Shown one piece after another: positions 36,658 to 46,277 of a stretch of DNA of 64,000 nt (position 1 is the stretch's first letter; the number at the start of each line of letters is the position of its first letter). A program made the position numbers and the translations under genes. The DNA lies in NCBI GenBank assembly GCA_031275285.1, contig JAISOY010000042.1, positions 29,475 to 93,474 on the forward strand, written 5' to 3'. A model generated the notes under the pieces. It was not told the DNA's origin. It saw only the letters and a list, made by a program, of their open reading frames with translations, and searched no databases. Origin of the DNA: Bacteroidales bacterium (lineage in GTDB: Bacteria > Bacteroidota > Bacteroidia > Bacteroidales > UBA4181).

Positions 36658-37689
36658 TTACTTTTGTTTAGATATATTTATGGTATGATTATTCCTGAAT
36701 TTTTTACTGTAGAATACAAAAATCAATGATACGCTTCCCAGTATAATGAGCACCAACGAAGTCGTGGAATGGGATATCGTGGCATAAACCATTCCATCTT
36801 CACGGGAAAGTCCGAATATGGTTAATCCCATCGAAACAATCCAATGATAAGCTCCAATACCTCCCTGTACCGGTATGACAAATGACAGCGTACTTAACAC
36901 AAGAATGAACAGTGCATCGGACAAACCCAGTGATGACGTAACATTCAGGGAAAAGAACATGACATATGTCTGCAAGAAGTACATGGCAAATATAATGATA
37001 TTTAATAACAGGAATGTACCAAAACTTTTCATTTTGTATATGGATTTGATCCCGTTGAATATTCCTGTCAACCAACCTTTTATTTTTCGTAACATGGTGA
37101 TCTTTGCCAGTTGTGTCCTGAAGATTTTCCATATAAGGACAAATGCCAATATGGTCAGTACAAAAATGATGACGATCCAGATGATGCTTCTTTTCCCCGG
37201 AATTCTCTCTATCACCGGATCAAAGATATGATGTGTGATGAAACCACCCACCATGTCGAATTTTAATAATAATATGAGGAGCAGCATCAGTACGGCCATC
37301 AGCATATCGAATATCCTTTCGACGATGACGGTTCCGAATACCCGGTCGACAGGTAATTTATCGGTACGGTTCAATACTCCGCAACGCGTGATTTCACCGA
37401 TCCGTGGAAATACGAAATTAGCCAGGTAACCAATATTGATTGCATGAAAGATATGGGACACTTTAGGACGCATATCCATGGGCGCCAGTAATAATCTCCA
37501 CCGGTATGCCCTGAAGATCAAAGCCAGTACGGCAAACAGAACAGAAAACGCTACCCACCGGTAATCGGCCTGTTTGATCTGTAGCATGAGCTCTTTCAGG
37601 TCGATGCCACTAAAAGCAAAATAAAGCAGTGTAAGTCCTACTAAAAGAAAAAATATAAATTGAAGGGCTTTGACTAACTTGCGATTCAC
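36658..37689 (-). CDS. flippase-like / lysylphosphatidylglycerol-synthase transmembrane-domain (UPF0104) protein
   Basis: 343 aa, ~8 TM. RAYRWRLLL and GEITRCGVL are typical of the LPG_synthase_TM family. The GTG start shares one nt with the panD stop (TAGTG). Confidence 0.7.
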   Translation of the reverse strand: MNRKLVKALQFIFFLLVGLTLLYFAFSGIDLKELMLQIKQADYRWVAFSVLFAVLALIFRAYRWRLLLAPMDMRPKVSHIFHAINIGYLANFVFPRIGEITRCGVLNRTDKLPVDRVFGTVIVERIFDMLMAVLMLLLILLLKFDMVGGFITHHIFDPVIERIPGKRSIIWIVIIFVLTILAFVLIWKIFRTQLAKITMLRKIKGWLTGIFNGIKSIYKMKSFGTFLLLNIIIFAMYFLQTYVMFFSLNVTSSLGLSDALFILVLSTLSFVIPVQGGIGAYHWIVSMGLTIFGLSREDGMVYATISHSTTSLVLIILGSVSLIFVFYSKKFRNNHTINISKQK

Positions 37690-38042
37690 TATCTGACTAA
37701 CTTGTTGGTTTCAGTATCGGGAAAGATCACCGTGGGAGAAAATGTTTTTGCTTCTTCAAAATCCAAGATGGCATAAGACATGATAATGACCACATCGCCT
37801 ACGGCAACTTTCCTGGCAGCAGGTCCGTTAAGGCAGATCATCCCTGTTCCCCGGCTTCCCTTAATGACGTATGTGTCAAAACGCTCTCCGTTGTTGATAT
37901 TGACTATGGAAACCTTTTCATTTTCGATCAGGTTGGCTGCATCCATCAGGTCTTCATCAATGGTGATACTGCCAATGTAATTAAGGTCCGCTTCAATAAC
38001 AGTTACCCTGTGTATCTTGGATTTTAAAACTTCTATTTTCAT
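37689..38042 (-). CDS. panD: aspartate 1-decarboxylase
   Basis: 117 aa. [38 protein letters not shown] contains the G-S self-cleavage site context (YIGSITID). Confidence 0.95.
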   Translation of the reverse strand: MKIEVLKSKIHRVTVIEADLNYIGSITIDEDLMDAANLIENEKVSIVNINNGERFDTYVIKGSRGTGMICLNGPAARKVAVGDVVIIMSYAILDFEEAKTFSPTVIFPDTETNKLVR

Positions 38043-38048
38043 CGTATC

Positions 38049-38885
38049 TCAATATGCAATGTTATCAATGAGCCTTACTTTTCCGGCAAATACGGCAATG
38101 CATCCCTGTAATGCGTTTTCCTGGTAGATTATTGCAGGTTGCAGGGATTCCCGGTCGACAATGTCAAAATATTCTACGTTCAACTCTTCAGAACGGTTGA
38201 TCTGGTTGATCACCCATTCTTTCAAGTCTTTAAGAGGCATGGATGCCACCTTTTTTTTGCTTTCAAACAGTGTTTGTGCAATTAATGGGGCACTCTTTCT
38301 CTGGGCTGCGGTGAGGCGCGTATTACGGGAACTCATGGCCAGGCCGTCCGGTTCGCGGATGATCGGGCAAGCGACGATTTCTACGGGATAACCTAATTTT
38401 TTCACGATATACCGGATAATGGCCAGTTGCTGGAAATCCTTTTCACCAAAATAAGCTTTCTCCGGTTGAACCATATCAAATAATTTCGTGACTACCTGTG
38501 CAACCCCATTAAAATGGCCCGGCCGGAAAGCGCCTTCCATGACTTTGTCCAGCATGCCGAAATCGAATTGCCGGGTATCCTTTTCCGGATATATTTCATT
38601 GACCTCAGGAGCAAATAAATAATCGCAACCTACATCATTCAGTTTTTCAACATCTTCCGGAAATGTCCTGGGGTAGTTGACCAGATCATTCTGGTCGTTG
38701 AATTGGGTAGGATTTACGAAAATACTGGCTACTGTAACGCAGTTTTCTTTACGACACTGTTCTATCAGGGAAATATGTCCCTGATGTAAAGCACCCATGG
38801 TAGGAACGAATCCTATAGACATCCCTTTTTCTTTAAATGGATGCAACTCCTCAGCCAGTGCTCTTTTCGTTTCAAAAATCTTCAT
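38049..38885 (-). CDS. panC: pantoate--beta-alanine ligase
   Basis: The track ORF extends to 38972, but MKIFETKRALAEEL at 38885 is the family-like start. Motifs are VPTMGALHQGHISL, FVNPTQF and GEKDFQQ. Confidence 0.93.
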   Translation of the reverse strand: MKIFETKRALAEELHPFKEKGMSIGFVPTMGALHQGHISLIEQCRKENCVTVASIFVNPTQFNDQNDLVNYPRTFPEDVEKLNDVGCDYLFAPEVNEIYPEKDTRQFDFGMLDKVMEGAFRPGHFNGVAQVVTKLFDMVQPEKAYFGEKDFQQLAIIRYIVKKLGYPVEIVACPIIREPDGLAMSSRNTRLTAAQRKSAPLIAQTLFESKKKVASMPLKDLKEWVINQINRSEELNVEYFDIVDRESLQPAIIYQENALQGCIAVFAGKVRLIDNIAY

Positions 38886-39173
38886 TCGTATGGACGAATA
38901 TACTGTATGTATGCTGTTGCCGGCATATAATAAAACCGGTATATGCCCTCTTTCACGGCTACAAAGGTACAAGAATAATTAAAACGATAAGTGTGAAAAA
39001 GTCATAATATTAAAATTTATTGCCTTCGGGGAGACATTGTAAATGAAAAATTATCGCGGCACAATCCGGCTAATTCTATCGAATATTACTGCTACTAACA
39101 ATATTCGGTATTATATTTGTACGGTGAAATAAAGTGAGATCGGCTATATAATGTTGAATATAAATAATTATGT

Positions 39174-39671
39174 ATGAAAAAAATTTCGTATTTACTATTG
39201 ATCCTATTTTTAGGAATTACAGCGTGTGAGGGACCAACAGGTCCGATGGGTCCGGCAGGTCCTCCAGGAGATGATGCGGGAGCGACACAATGGTGGAATA
39301 TACCAATTGAGATCGACCGTAATGGATGGGAATTAGTGGGTAATGCAGGTGAGACCGGATCTTATTATATCGCCATCGTTGATATTCCCGAACTGACCGA
39401 AGATATTTATTTTGATGGGGCAATTATCTGTTATTACCGGTTTAATGAGGGTAATACTGAAGTGCTGACCACCCTTCCATATACTTATTATGACATCATA
39501 GATGATAATGGTACGGAATCAAGAGTGGCTGTACAATACTCCTATGATGTGACCCCTACCACTAAAGCAGGAAACGGAACAATTGCCCTTAAGCTGACTT
39601 TTAGCGATTTCCAGACAGGGGAATTTGGTCCTCCGGAAAAAGCTGTTTTTAGATTATCTTTGATTTATTAG
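39174..39671 (+). CDS. hypothetical lipoprotein with short collagen-like G-X-Y run
   Basis: 165 aa. MKKISYLLLILFLGITAC is followed by EGPTGPMGPAGPPGDD (four or five consecutive G-X-Y triplets). Confidence 0.6.
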   Translation: MKKISYLLLILFLGITACEGPTGPMGPAGPPGDDAGATQWWNIPIEIDRNGWELVGNAGETGSYYIAIVDIPELTEDIYFDGAIICYYRFNEGNTEVLTTLPYTYYDIIDDNGTESRVAVQYSYDVTPTTKAGNGTIALKLTFSDFQTGEFGPPEKAVFRLSLIY

Positions 39672-39697
39672 AAGATGATAAGTTGTTTTCTTTAAAC

Positions 39698-39731
39698 AAA
39701 AAACCGGAAAAGATATCTTTTCCGGTTTTTT
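39698..39731. terminator. bidirectional rho-independent terminator between convergent genes
   Basis: Perfect palindrome aaaaaaccggaaaagat|atcttttccggtttttt centred at 39714/39715, with A and T runs on both sides. Confidence 0.75.
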
Positions 39732-39763
39732 GTTTAAAGATTTTGAGTTTTTATTCTTCCTTA

Positions 39764-40066
39764 TTAATTGAAAGAAGAAAAACGGGTATATTTATCCTGT
39801 ACGTTGATATAATAGGCTTTATACTTAATGTAGTGGTTTCCTTTCTGGTATTCCCACACCACATTTCCCGCCTTGTATATCTTTCCGATACAGGCTTCAA
39901 AAATGAGCGTATAATGTATTCCGGTAGCTTCGTATGCCTGTATGATCGATTTGAACAATACGCTACGGTCTGCAAAATGACCGATAACCGGAAGGTTGTA
40001 TTTCCGTTGTTTTTTCTTTTTTTCTATTCTTGCTTTGATCTCCTCAGGTGTTGGTTGATGCATCAT
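39764..40066 (-). CDS. hypothetical small protein
   Basis: 100 aa (MMHQPTPEEIKARIEKKKKQRKYNLPVIGHFADRSVLFKSIIQAYEATGIHY...). It has a globular-looking composition. I prefer it over the overlapping + ORF 39683-40093, which runs through the terminator palindrome. Confidence 0.5.
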   Translation of the reverse strand: MMHQPTPEEIKARIEKKKKQRKYNLPVIGHFADRSVLFKSIIQAYEATGIHYTLIFEACIGKIYKAGNVVWEYQKGNHYIKYKAYYINVQDKYTRFSSFN

Positions 40067-40209
40067 GACTTCAAATACTTTATAAATGATTAAATCAATG
40101 TCAAAGATATACCTTTATTCTCAATTTTACGAAGGATATGAAAAAAAGTTGCATTTTGAATGAATTTTTTCTTTCACATACAAAGAACGGGAATGTTATC
40201 CCGAATCAT

Positions 40210-40217
40210 TATCTTTG
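40210..40217 (+). promoter_or_regulatory. putative -7 box (TATCTTTG) for xth
   Basis: 27 nt upstream of ATG 40244. Confidence 0.4.
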
Positions 40218-40243
40218 TCTGGACTGTATTAATAATTTAGGAT

Positions 40244-41014
40244 ATGTTAAAAAGTATATATTCATATAATGTGAATGGCTTGCGTGCGGCCATGAATAAA
40301 GGATTTGACGAATGGTTACAGGATAAGCAGCCGGATATATTGTGTCTCCAGGAAACCAAGATACAGATGGAACAAGTTGATACATCTGTATTTGATCGCC
40401 TGGGTTATCGTCATTATTGGTTCTGTGCCGAGAAAAAAGGTTACAGTGGCGTATCTATTTTAACCAAGGACAAACCGGACCGGATCGTGTATGGTATGGG
40501 GGTTGATAAGTACGATGCAGAAGGACGTATGATACGGGCTGATTTCGGTGATGTGAGTGTCATTTCGGTTTATTTTCCTTCCGGTACTTCAGGAGAAGCC
40601 AGGCAGGCTTTTAAGATGGTTTTCCTGTCCGACTTTCTCGAATATATAGAGAACTTAAGGAAGGAACGTCCTAATCTGGTCATATCCGGAGACTACAACA
40701 TAGCCCATACCGAAAAAGATATCAATTATCCAGAAAAGCACCATAAAATGTCTGGTTTTTTGCCGGAAGAAAGGGCATGGATGGACCAGTTCCTGGCACA
40801 CGGATATGTAGACACCTTCCGGATGTTCCATAGCGAACCGAACCAGTATAGCTGGTGGAGTTACCGTTCACGGGCAAGGGAGAAGGATCTGGGATGGAGA
40901 ATAGACTATAATACGGTGACGGAAAGTATGCGCGGAAGGGTCAAAGATGCGTCCATCATGCAGAGTGCCGTGCATTCCGATCATTGTCCTGTAATCGTAT
41001 CGGTCGACATTTAA
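40244..41014 (+). CDS. xth: exodeoxyribonuclease III
   Basis: 256 aa with SYNVNGLRA, LCLQETK, GDYNIAH, WWSYR and the C-terminal SDHCPV. Confidence 0.94.
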   Translation: MLKSIYSYNVNGLRAAMNKGFDEWLQDKQPDILCLQETKIQMEQVDTSVFDRLGYRHYWFCAEKKGYSGVSILTKDKPDRIVYGMGVDKYDAEGRMIRADFGDVSVISVYFPSGTSGEARQAFKMVFLSDFLEYIENLRKERPNLVISGDYNIAHTEKDINYPEKHHKMSGFLPEERAWMDQFLAHGYVDTFRMFHSEPNQYSWWSYRSRAREKDLGWRIDYNTVTESMRGRVKDASIMQSAVHSDHCPVIVSVDI

Positions 41015-41616
41015 AACCAACCGACACGTACTGCGAAGGAAGCGCCGAATCCCCGAAAATCTTTATTTTCCATTTTTGGAAGGTCGATGCCGAATATTAA
41101 TTGGTAATTGACACCCACACATATTTGTATGAAAGAAGTGATGTTCAGTTTTACCTGGAATGTAGGCATTATAATATTAATCCTGTCTCGGGAAACGGTC
41201 TCCTCCGTATCAGCATCCCGTAATGTTAGATATCCCCATCCGAATTTTGAGGCAACAGAGTACTGGAATATTCTTTTTGATAAAAAGGTTACTCCGGTAA
41301 ATATACCTCCCTGTGTTAACACGATCCTCTTGTCTTTATAAAATTCATCTTCAGGGTGAATTTTATGAACTCCCAGGACGCGGCTACTATAGCCACCAAA
41401 ATAAAAATTGTTCAATACCAAAGCTACATCTCCACCCACATAGGTAACATATTTGTTGAAAAAGGGACTGACACCGGAGTGAAAGCTGCCGAAAGCACTT
41501 ACATATGCATCATGGCCAAGCAGTGTTTTCGTTTCCGATGATTGCCCTTCTTTTTCTTTTGACCAGCCCGGAAGAGTGACCGTCAGCATAAGGAAGAGAA
41601 AAAATATCCGTAACAT
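41011..41616 (-). CDS. hypothetical outer-membrane beta-barrel-like protein
   Basis: 201 aa with a signal peptide MLRIFFLFLMLTVTLPGWS. It is Gly/aromatic-rich in strands and ends ...FAVRVGWF. Its 3' end overlaps the xth 3' end by 4 nt (convergent). Confidence 0.55.
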   Translation of the reverse strand: MLRIFFLFLMLTVTLPGWSKEKEGQSSETKTLLGHDAYVSAFGSFHSGVSPFFNKYVTYVGGDVALVLNNFYFGGYSSRVLGVHKIHPEDEFYKDKRIVLTQGGIFTGVTFLSKRIFQYSVASKFGWGYLTLRDADTEETVSRDRINIIMPTFQVKLNITSFIQICVGVNYQLIFGIDLPKMENKDFRGFGASFAVRVGWF

Positions 41617-41655
41617 TATTTCTGTGGTGTAATGTATGGTTTTTAAAGGTAGGAT

Positions 41656-42003
41656 TTAATTTATATCATAAGACGAGAGCACGTTTCCGATAGCGACCGT
41701 TACCAGCATTTTGGATATTCTGAATTCACTTTTTTTTCGTTCGAGGTTTGCATAGAAAAACTTGGTATTCATTCGGTTGGCCAACTCATTGCTCAGTTCT
41801 GTAATCGCCTCGTTTTTTGCATTGTCAAGCATACATGTCGGGCGTGCATCAATTTGGCGGATAATTTCTATGGCTTCTTTAATCAAATCGATATACTGGT
41901 TAGCTATTTGGTCATCGTACAGATAAAAACTGTTGATCTTTTCCTGGATTTCGATTAATTGTTCCCTCATAATATTTTTATTATTATTCTGTTTGCAGAA
42001 CAT
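41656..42003 (-). CDS. hypothetical protein
   Basis: 115 aa with helical-looking sequence. I recognise no motif. Confidence 0.45.
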   Translation of the reverse strand: MFCKQNNNKNIMREQLIEIQEKINSFYLYDDQIANQYIDLIKEAIEIIRQIDARPTCMLDNAKNEAITELSNELANRMNTKFFYANLERKKSEFRISKMLVTVAIGNVLSSYDIN

Positions 42004-42099
42004 TTAATATTATATAATCAGCGAAAATACAATTTTTTTGCTAATGATTAGAAAATATGGAATAAAATCTTTTATCATCAGGAGAGAATACGACCGCTC

Positions 42100-43410
42100 C
42101 TATTGGGTGGTTGGTTTGTCCTTTTTTCCTTCTTCAAAAAATAAATCGATCCTTAGTTGTTCGATCCGGTCCATAGCATATACCTGGAATTTATTTCCTT
42201 CCGTTTCTTTCAGGTCTTTTTTATTTTTCCATGTGGGATCGGCCAGGTCCAGATACCTGATATACCAGTCCAGGGCTTGTTTTTTCCTGTTTCCCATATC
42301 ATAGGATAAAGCGACTTCGTAGTAATTATCGATATAGGGCAGGGTTTTGGTTCCTTCGATAAACGATTTTGCGGCATCATCATAACGGTATAATCTCCGG
42401 TAGAGGAATCCCTTTTGCACTTCAGTCTTGTACTTAATAGTATCATAGTGTGCAATAATGCTATCCATATGTGCGAATACATCCAACCCTTTTTCTGCAT
42501 TTCCGGTATACCCATGAACTACCCCCAGGTAAAGCATGGTATTCAGGTTATCCGGATCGGTTTTCAACGCCATGCTCATATATTTTTCAGCTGTCGAATA
42601 ATCCATCAGGAAATAATTCAGCATGCCGTAGTGGCGACTGGTTGTGGTGCTTGTGTCGCCTAGTTCCAGTGTCTTTTCCAACGCTTTCATGGCATATTTG
42701 GTTCTACCTTGCCGGTACCAGGCAACGCCTGTTTGTTTCCAGGCTTCCACATTCATAGAATCCCTTTCAATGGCTTCTTTTCCGATATCGATCGCCTTTT
42801 CAGGTTGTTCCATGGAAATATAAATTTTCATCAATAATCCGTAAAGCGCCCTGTTGTTCGGATAACGATCCAGTGATTTTTGGTAACAACCGGCTGCATG
42901 ATCCATACTATCCAACCGGAAATAGCAGTCTCCCATATTTTTATATACCAGCCAGTTAAGCGTATCCTGGTCAGTGACCTGTTTTAATAAATCCAACGCA
43001 TTAGCGTATTTTCCTGCCGATTGCAACGCATTGGCCAAAGTTATTTTCCACCGGAGTTTTTCAGGTTCATCCGTAACCAGTTCTTCATATAGGCGAATGG
43101 CTGTGTGAGGTTGTCCGGATTGAAGGTAAAGCATAGCAAGAGCCGATTTTGCTTCGGTACTTTTTTCATTCAACCGGAGTGCCCGTTGGTATGAGAGAAT
43201 TGCATGATCATAACGGTAGAGATTTTCGAATACTTTACCTTTTAAAAAATAAGAACGGTAATGGGTACTATCTTCCTCAATGTATAGATGTATCTTCCGT
43301 AATGCTTCTTCATATTGCCCCGATATGTATAACTCCCAGGCCTGATCGTAATTTTTATTTTGTGCGTAAAGCGTTGTGCAAAATAAAAAGCAGATGGTCA
43401 TATATCTCAT
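42100..43410 (-). CDS. tetratricopeptide-repeat protein, exported
   Basis: 436 aa with a signal-like N-terminus MRYMTICFLFCTTLYAQ and repeated A..Y..AL...P TPR-type units throughout. Confidence 0.8.
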   Translation of the reverse strand: MRYMTICFLFCTTLYAQNKNYDQAWELYISGQYEEALRKIHLYIEEDSTHYRSYFLKGKVFENLYRYDHAILSYQRALRLNEKSTEAKSALAMLYLQSGQPHTAIRLYEELVTDEPEKLRWKITLANALQSAGKYANALDLLKQVTDQDTLNWLVYKNMGDCYFRLDSMDHAAGCYQKSLDRYPNNRALYGLLMKIYISMEQPEKAIDIGKEAIERDSMNVEAWKQTGVAWYRQGRTKYAMKALEKTLELGDTSTTTSRHYGMLNYFLMDYSTAEKYMSMALKTDPDNLNTMLYLGVVHGYTGNAEKGLDVFAHMDSIIAHYDTIKYKTEVQKGFLYRRLYRYDDAAKSFIEGTKTLPYIDNYYEVALSYDMGNRKKQALDWYIRYLDLADPTWKNKKDLKETEGNKFQVYAMDRIEQLRIDLFFEEGKKDKPTTQ

Positions 43411-43433
43411 ATTTTCCGGTTTTTGATGTAATG

Positions 43434-43441
43434 CAAATATA
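43434..43441 (-). promoter_or_regulatory. putative -7 box (TATATTTG on minus strand) for the TPR gene
   Basis: The plus strand reads CAAATATA, 24 nt upstream of ATG 43410. Confidence 0.4.
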
Positions 43442-43669
43442 AACTAAAAGTATAAATGTGGAATTAAAAGTTTAGTTTTTTAGGAAAGAGAAGATGTATT
43501 CGGGTAGGGAGTAAATTAAATTATTGATAATATCAATTGATTACGTGGTATTTGTACAAAAATGTAAAAACCTGGGGTTATTAACATAAATTGTACCGTA
43601 AATTGAATTCTCTTTCTTATATTCGTACCGAATTAACGATTTCTTATTAAGAATTTTAAATTTAGCCTG

Positions 43670-44263
43670 ATGAGTGATCTTTTTGACGGGCAAACCTATC
43701 AATATATAGTACTGCCGATAATTGTCTTTTTTGCACGGATCTGTGATGTTACACTGGGTACTTTACGTATTGTATTTGTTTCCAAAGGGAAAAAAAACCT
43801 GGCTCCGGTACTTGGATTTTTTGAAGTCTTTATATGGATTGTTGTGATCAGCCAGATATTAAAAAGCGTCGATAACTTTGTCTGTTATTTTGCCTATGCA
43901 GGAGGATATGCGGCCGGCAACTTTATCGGAATGCATATCGAAGAACGTATCGCCATAGGAGTTCTGTTGATCAAGGTCTTTTCATCCAAGGACCTGGTAC
44001 CGTTGCAAAAAGAGCTTTCCCAGTCCGGATTTGGCACGACACTGATTGACGGAGACGGATCTGTTGGTAAAGTGAAAATTCTATATGCAGTCATCAATCG
44101 GAAAGCATTTGATAAGGTTGAAAAGATATTGACTGGTTTTGATCCTTCCTTGTTCTATGTCATTGAAGATGTCCGTTCGGCCAAGGCAGGTATCTTTCCT
44201 ACGACCAAACGTTTCAATGCCCCGTTTCAGCGTGTACTCAGGCGTGCCCGTCCGGGGAAATAA
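43670..44263 (+). CDS. UPF0316/DUF2179-family membrane protein
   Basis: 197 aa with three TM helices. The N-terminal ...ARICDVTLGTLRIVFVSKGKK pattern and the C-terminal small alpha/beta domain resemble the YebE/DUF2179 family as I recall it. Confidence 0.6.
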   Translation: MSDLFDGQTYQYIVLPIIVFFARICDVTLGTLRIVFVSKGKKNLAPVLGFFEVFIWIVVISQILKSVDNFVCYFAYAGGYAAGNFIGMHIEERIAIGVLLIKVFSSKDLVPLQKELSQSGFGTTLIDGDGSVGKVKILYAVINRKAFDKVEKILTGFDPSLFYVIEDVRSAKAGIFPTTKRFNAPFQRVLRRARPGK

Positions 44264-44393
44264 ATGAATAGTTTTTAAGCGGGAATTTATATATTTTCCG
44301 GAGATATGGTATCTTACACTATCTTTGCAACTTTTACTTGAATTGGATATTCGGATGATGTCCAACTTTATCAGGCATCATTCATATAAAGAA

Positions 44394-44740
44394 ATAAGCA
44401 GGCCGTTCTATCGCAGCATTGCTGAGGAAAGTCCGGGCAACGCAGGGTACCATGCTTCCTAACGGGAAGCTGTCGTGAGGCAGATGAGCGTAACAGAAAA
44501 TAACCGCCGTGCTTTCGGGCAGGGTAAGGGTGAAAAGGTAGGGTAAGAGCCTACCGGTTCCGGTGGTGACATCGGAAGCCGTACGCATCATGGGTTGTAA
44601 GGCCATGTATACCGTCGTTTGAGGGCGACCCGCCCGATGACGGGGGGTAGGCCGCATGATTCCGCTGGTGACGGCGGAACGAGATAAATGATAGAACCCG
44701 GGAAACCGGTGACAGAACCCGGCTTACAGGCCTGCTTTTT
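44394..44740 (+). ncRNA. rnpB: RNase P RNA, bacterial type A
   Basis: The universally conserved P4 strand GAGGAAAGTCCGGGC is at 44424-44438 and the 3' P4 partner ACAGAACCCGGCTTA is at 44711-44725. Terminal pairing is aagcaggcc (44396-) with ggcctgctt (-44737). GGTAAGGGTGAAAAGGT and GGGTAAGAGCC blocks lie in between. End coordinates are accurate to within about 5 nt. Confidence 0.93.
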
Positions 44741-44769
44741 TATATAAAACCTATCTTTGGGAAAAGAGT

Positions 44770-44777
44770 TATCTTTG
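44770..44777 (+). promoter_or_regulatory. putative -7 box (TATCTTTG) for the cyclase-HD gene
   Basis: 18 nt upstream of ATG 44795. A second TATCTTTG copy is at about 44752-44759. Confidence 0.4.
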
Positions 44778-44794
44778 TATTTATAATAAATGCG

Positions 44795-46177
44795 ATGTCG
44801 ATGGATTCAAAGAAACAATTGTTAAAACGGATTGCTGCGCTTGTCTCTGAGAACAAGGAATTAAAGGAAAAGTACAAGTCGATTTCCGAATCTTTTGATC
44901 AATTGTCGGAAGAGTTAGAGCGATATAAAAAACGCTCAATGGATGAAACTGCCGGTAAAAAGCAGAAAGGAAATTATAAACAGGTAAGGTTTGATACGGT
45001 TACCATATTATTTGTAGAAATAAAGGGTTTTTCCACTATCCTTGATACTTCTTCAGATATGACATCCCAAATGGATAAGTTGGATGCATTATTGTTTCGG
45101 TTTAATGAAGTAGCTGAAAAACACCGTTTGGTAAAATTACAAAGTATCGGTGATAACTTTATTTGTGCGGGAGGTATTCCTGAAAAAAATATCACCAATC
45201 CGATTACTGTGACAATTGCAGCACTGGAAATGTTACATATTGTTGAGAAAGAGGCTGAGTTGGGAGGCCAACAGATATGGAAGCTGAATATTGGTATCCA
45301 TACAGGCTCGGTGATATCCAGGATGGATAGTAAGGATCAGAATTATCATTTAAAGGGAGATACGGTGAATGTCGTTTCCCGTATCGTATCGGTAGGAAAA
45401 GAAAATACCATTACTATTTCAGCCTCCACTTATGAATTGATCAAAGAATTATTTGATTGTACCTATTTCAATACCCTTCCCGTAAAATACCAGAATAGAC
45501 TGGAATTGTTCACGGTAAATGGTATTCATTCAAGGTTTGCTTTGGATAAGAACAGGTACCTTCCCAATGATGCCTTCAGGATACAATTCCTGCTGATACA
45601 ATTCGGTGATTTGCAGGAGCATGTGTTGGACATGCTGGAAAAGAAATTGCCGGACTTTTTGTATTACCATAATGTAAAGCATACTGTAGATGTTGTGACG
45701 GAAAGTGAGTTGATCGGTTGGGCTGAAGGCCTGAATGACCAACAGTTGCTGTTGCTTAAAACAGCTGCGCTTTTTCACGATGCCGGACATACTATTTCTT
45801 ATGCGGACCATGAGGAGCGAAGTACTGAGATTGCGCGGGAAATGCTTCCCCACTATCAATATACACCCCAGGAAATAGATGAAATATGCAGGATTATTAT
45901 GGCGACTAAATTGCCTCCCAAGCCTACAGATATCCTTGAAGAAATTATATGCGATTCTGATCTGGATTATTTAGGACGTACGGATTTTATTCCTGTGTCC
46001 AATGCCTTATACGAAGAGTTAAAAGCACAAAATAAAATGACATCGTTGAATGAATGGAACAAACTTCAAATAAAGTTCATCGGATCGCATCAATATTTTA
46101 CCAAGACCGGAAGGAATTTACGTGAAGTAAAAAAACAGGAGCAAATTGAACGGATCAAACAGTTGATAGAAGATTGA
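44795..46177 (+). CDS. class III nucleotidyl cyclase domain fused to a C-terminal HD phosphohydrolase domain
   Basis: 460 aa. An N-terminal coiled coil is followed by the cyclase blocks VTILFVEIKGFSTI, LQSIGDNFICAGGIP, IGIHTGSV and GDTVNVVSRI. HD motifs follow: YHNVKH, ALFHDAGH and CDSDLDYLG. Confidence 0.8.
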   Translation: MSMDSKKQLLKRIAALVSENKELKEKYKSISESFDQLSEELERYKKRSMDETAGKKQKGNYKQVRFDTVTILFVEIKGFSTILDTSSDMTSQMDKLDALLFRFNEVAEKHRLVKLQSIGDNFICAGGIPEKNITNPITVTIAALEMLHIVEKEAELGGQQIWKLNIGIHTGSVISRMDSKDQNYHLKGDTVNVVSRIVSVGKENTITISASTYELIKELFDCTYFNTLPVKYQNRLELFTVNGIHSRFALDKNRYLPNDAFRIQFLLIQFGDLQEHVLDMLEKKLPDFLYYHNVKHTVDVVTESELIGWAEGLNDQQLLLLKTAALFHDAGHTISYADHEERSTEIAREMLPHYQYTPQEIDEICRIIMATKLPPKPTDILEEIICDSDLDYLGRTDFIPVSNALYEELKAQNKMTSLNEWNKLQIKFIGSHQYFTKTGRNLREVKKQEQIERIKQLIED

Positions 46178-46277
46178 TTTTCTTATAGCCGGATCGTAAA
46201 ATTCTTCCAATTTAATTACTATTTTTGTATCGTCTGAAATGTTGACGGATACCGGATTTCAATGATAAATTTTTTTA

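Noticed and set aside
38886-38972. Longest-ORF N-terminal extensions in the track: panC to 38972, purC from TTG 47194, psd to 57909, the isomerase to 62699, and the lipoprotein from GTG 27887
   Set aside because: The extensions add non-conserved residues, overlap upstream genes (purC inside phoH), or cover the predicted -7 boxes. Internal ATGs give family-typical N-termini or clean signal peptides.
39683-40093. 136-aa plus-strand ORF overlapping the 100-aa minus-strand ORF
   Set aside because: It starts at a non-ATG codon inside the terminator region and reads through the terminator palindrome. Its translation is Phe/Leu/Ile-rich and low-complexity, and the minus-strand ORF looks more protein-like. 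Neither is strongly supported.
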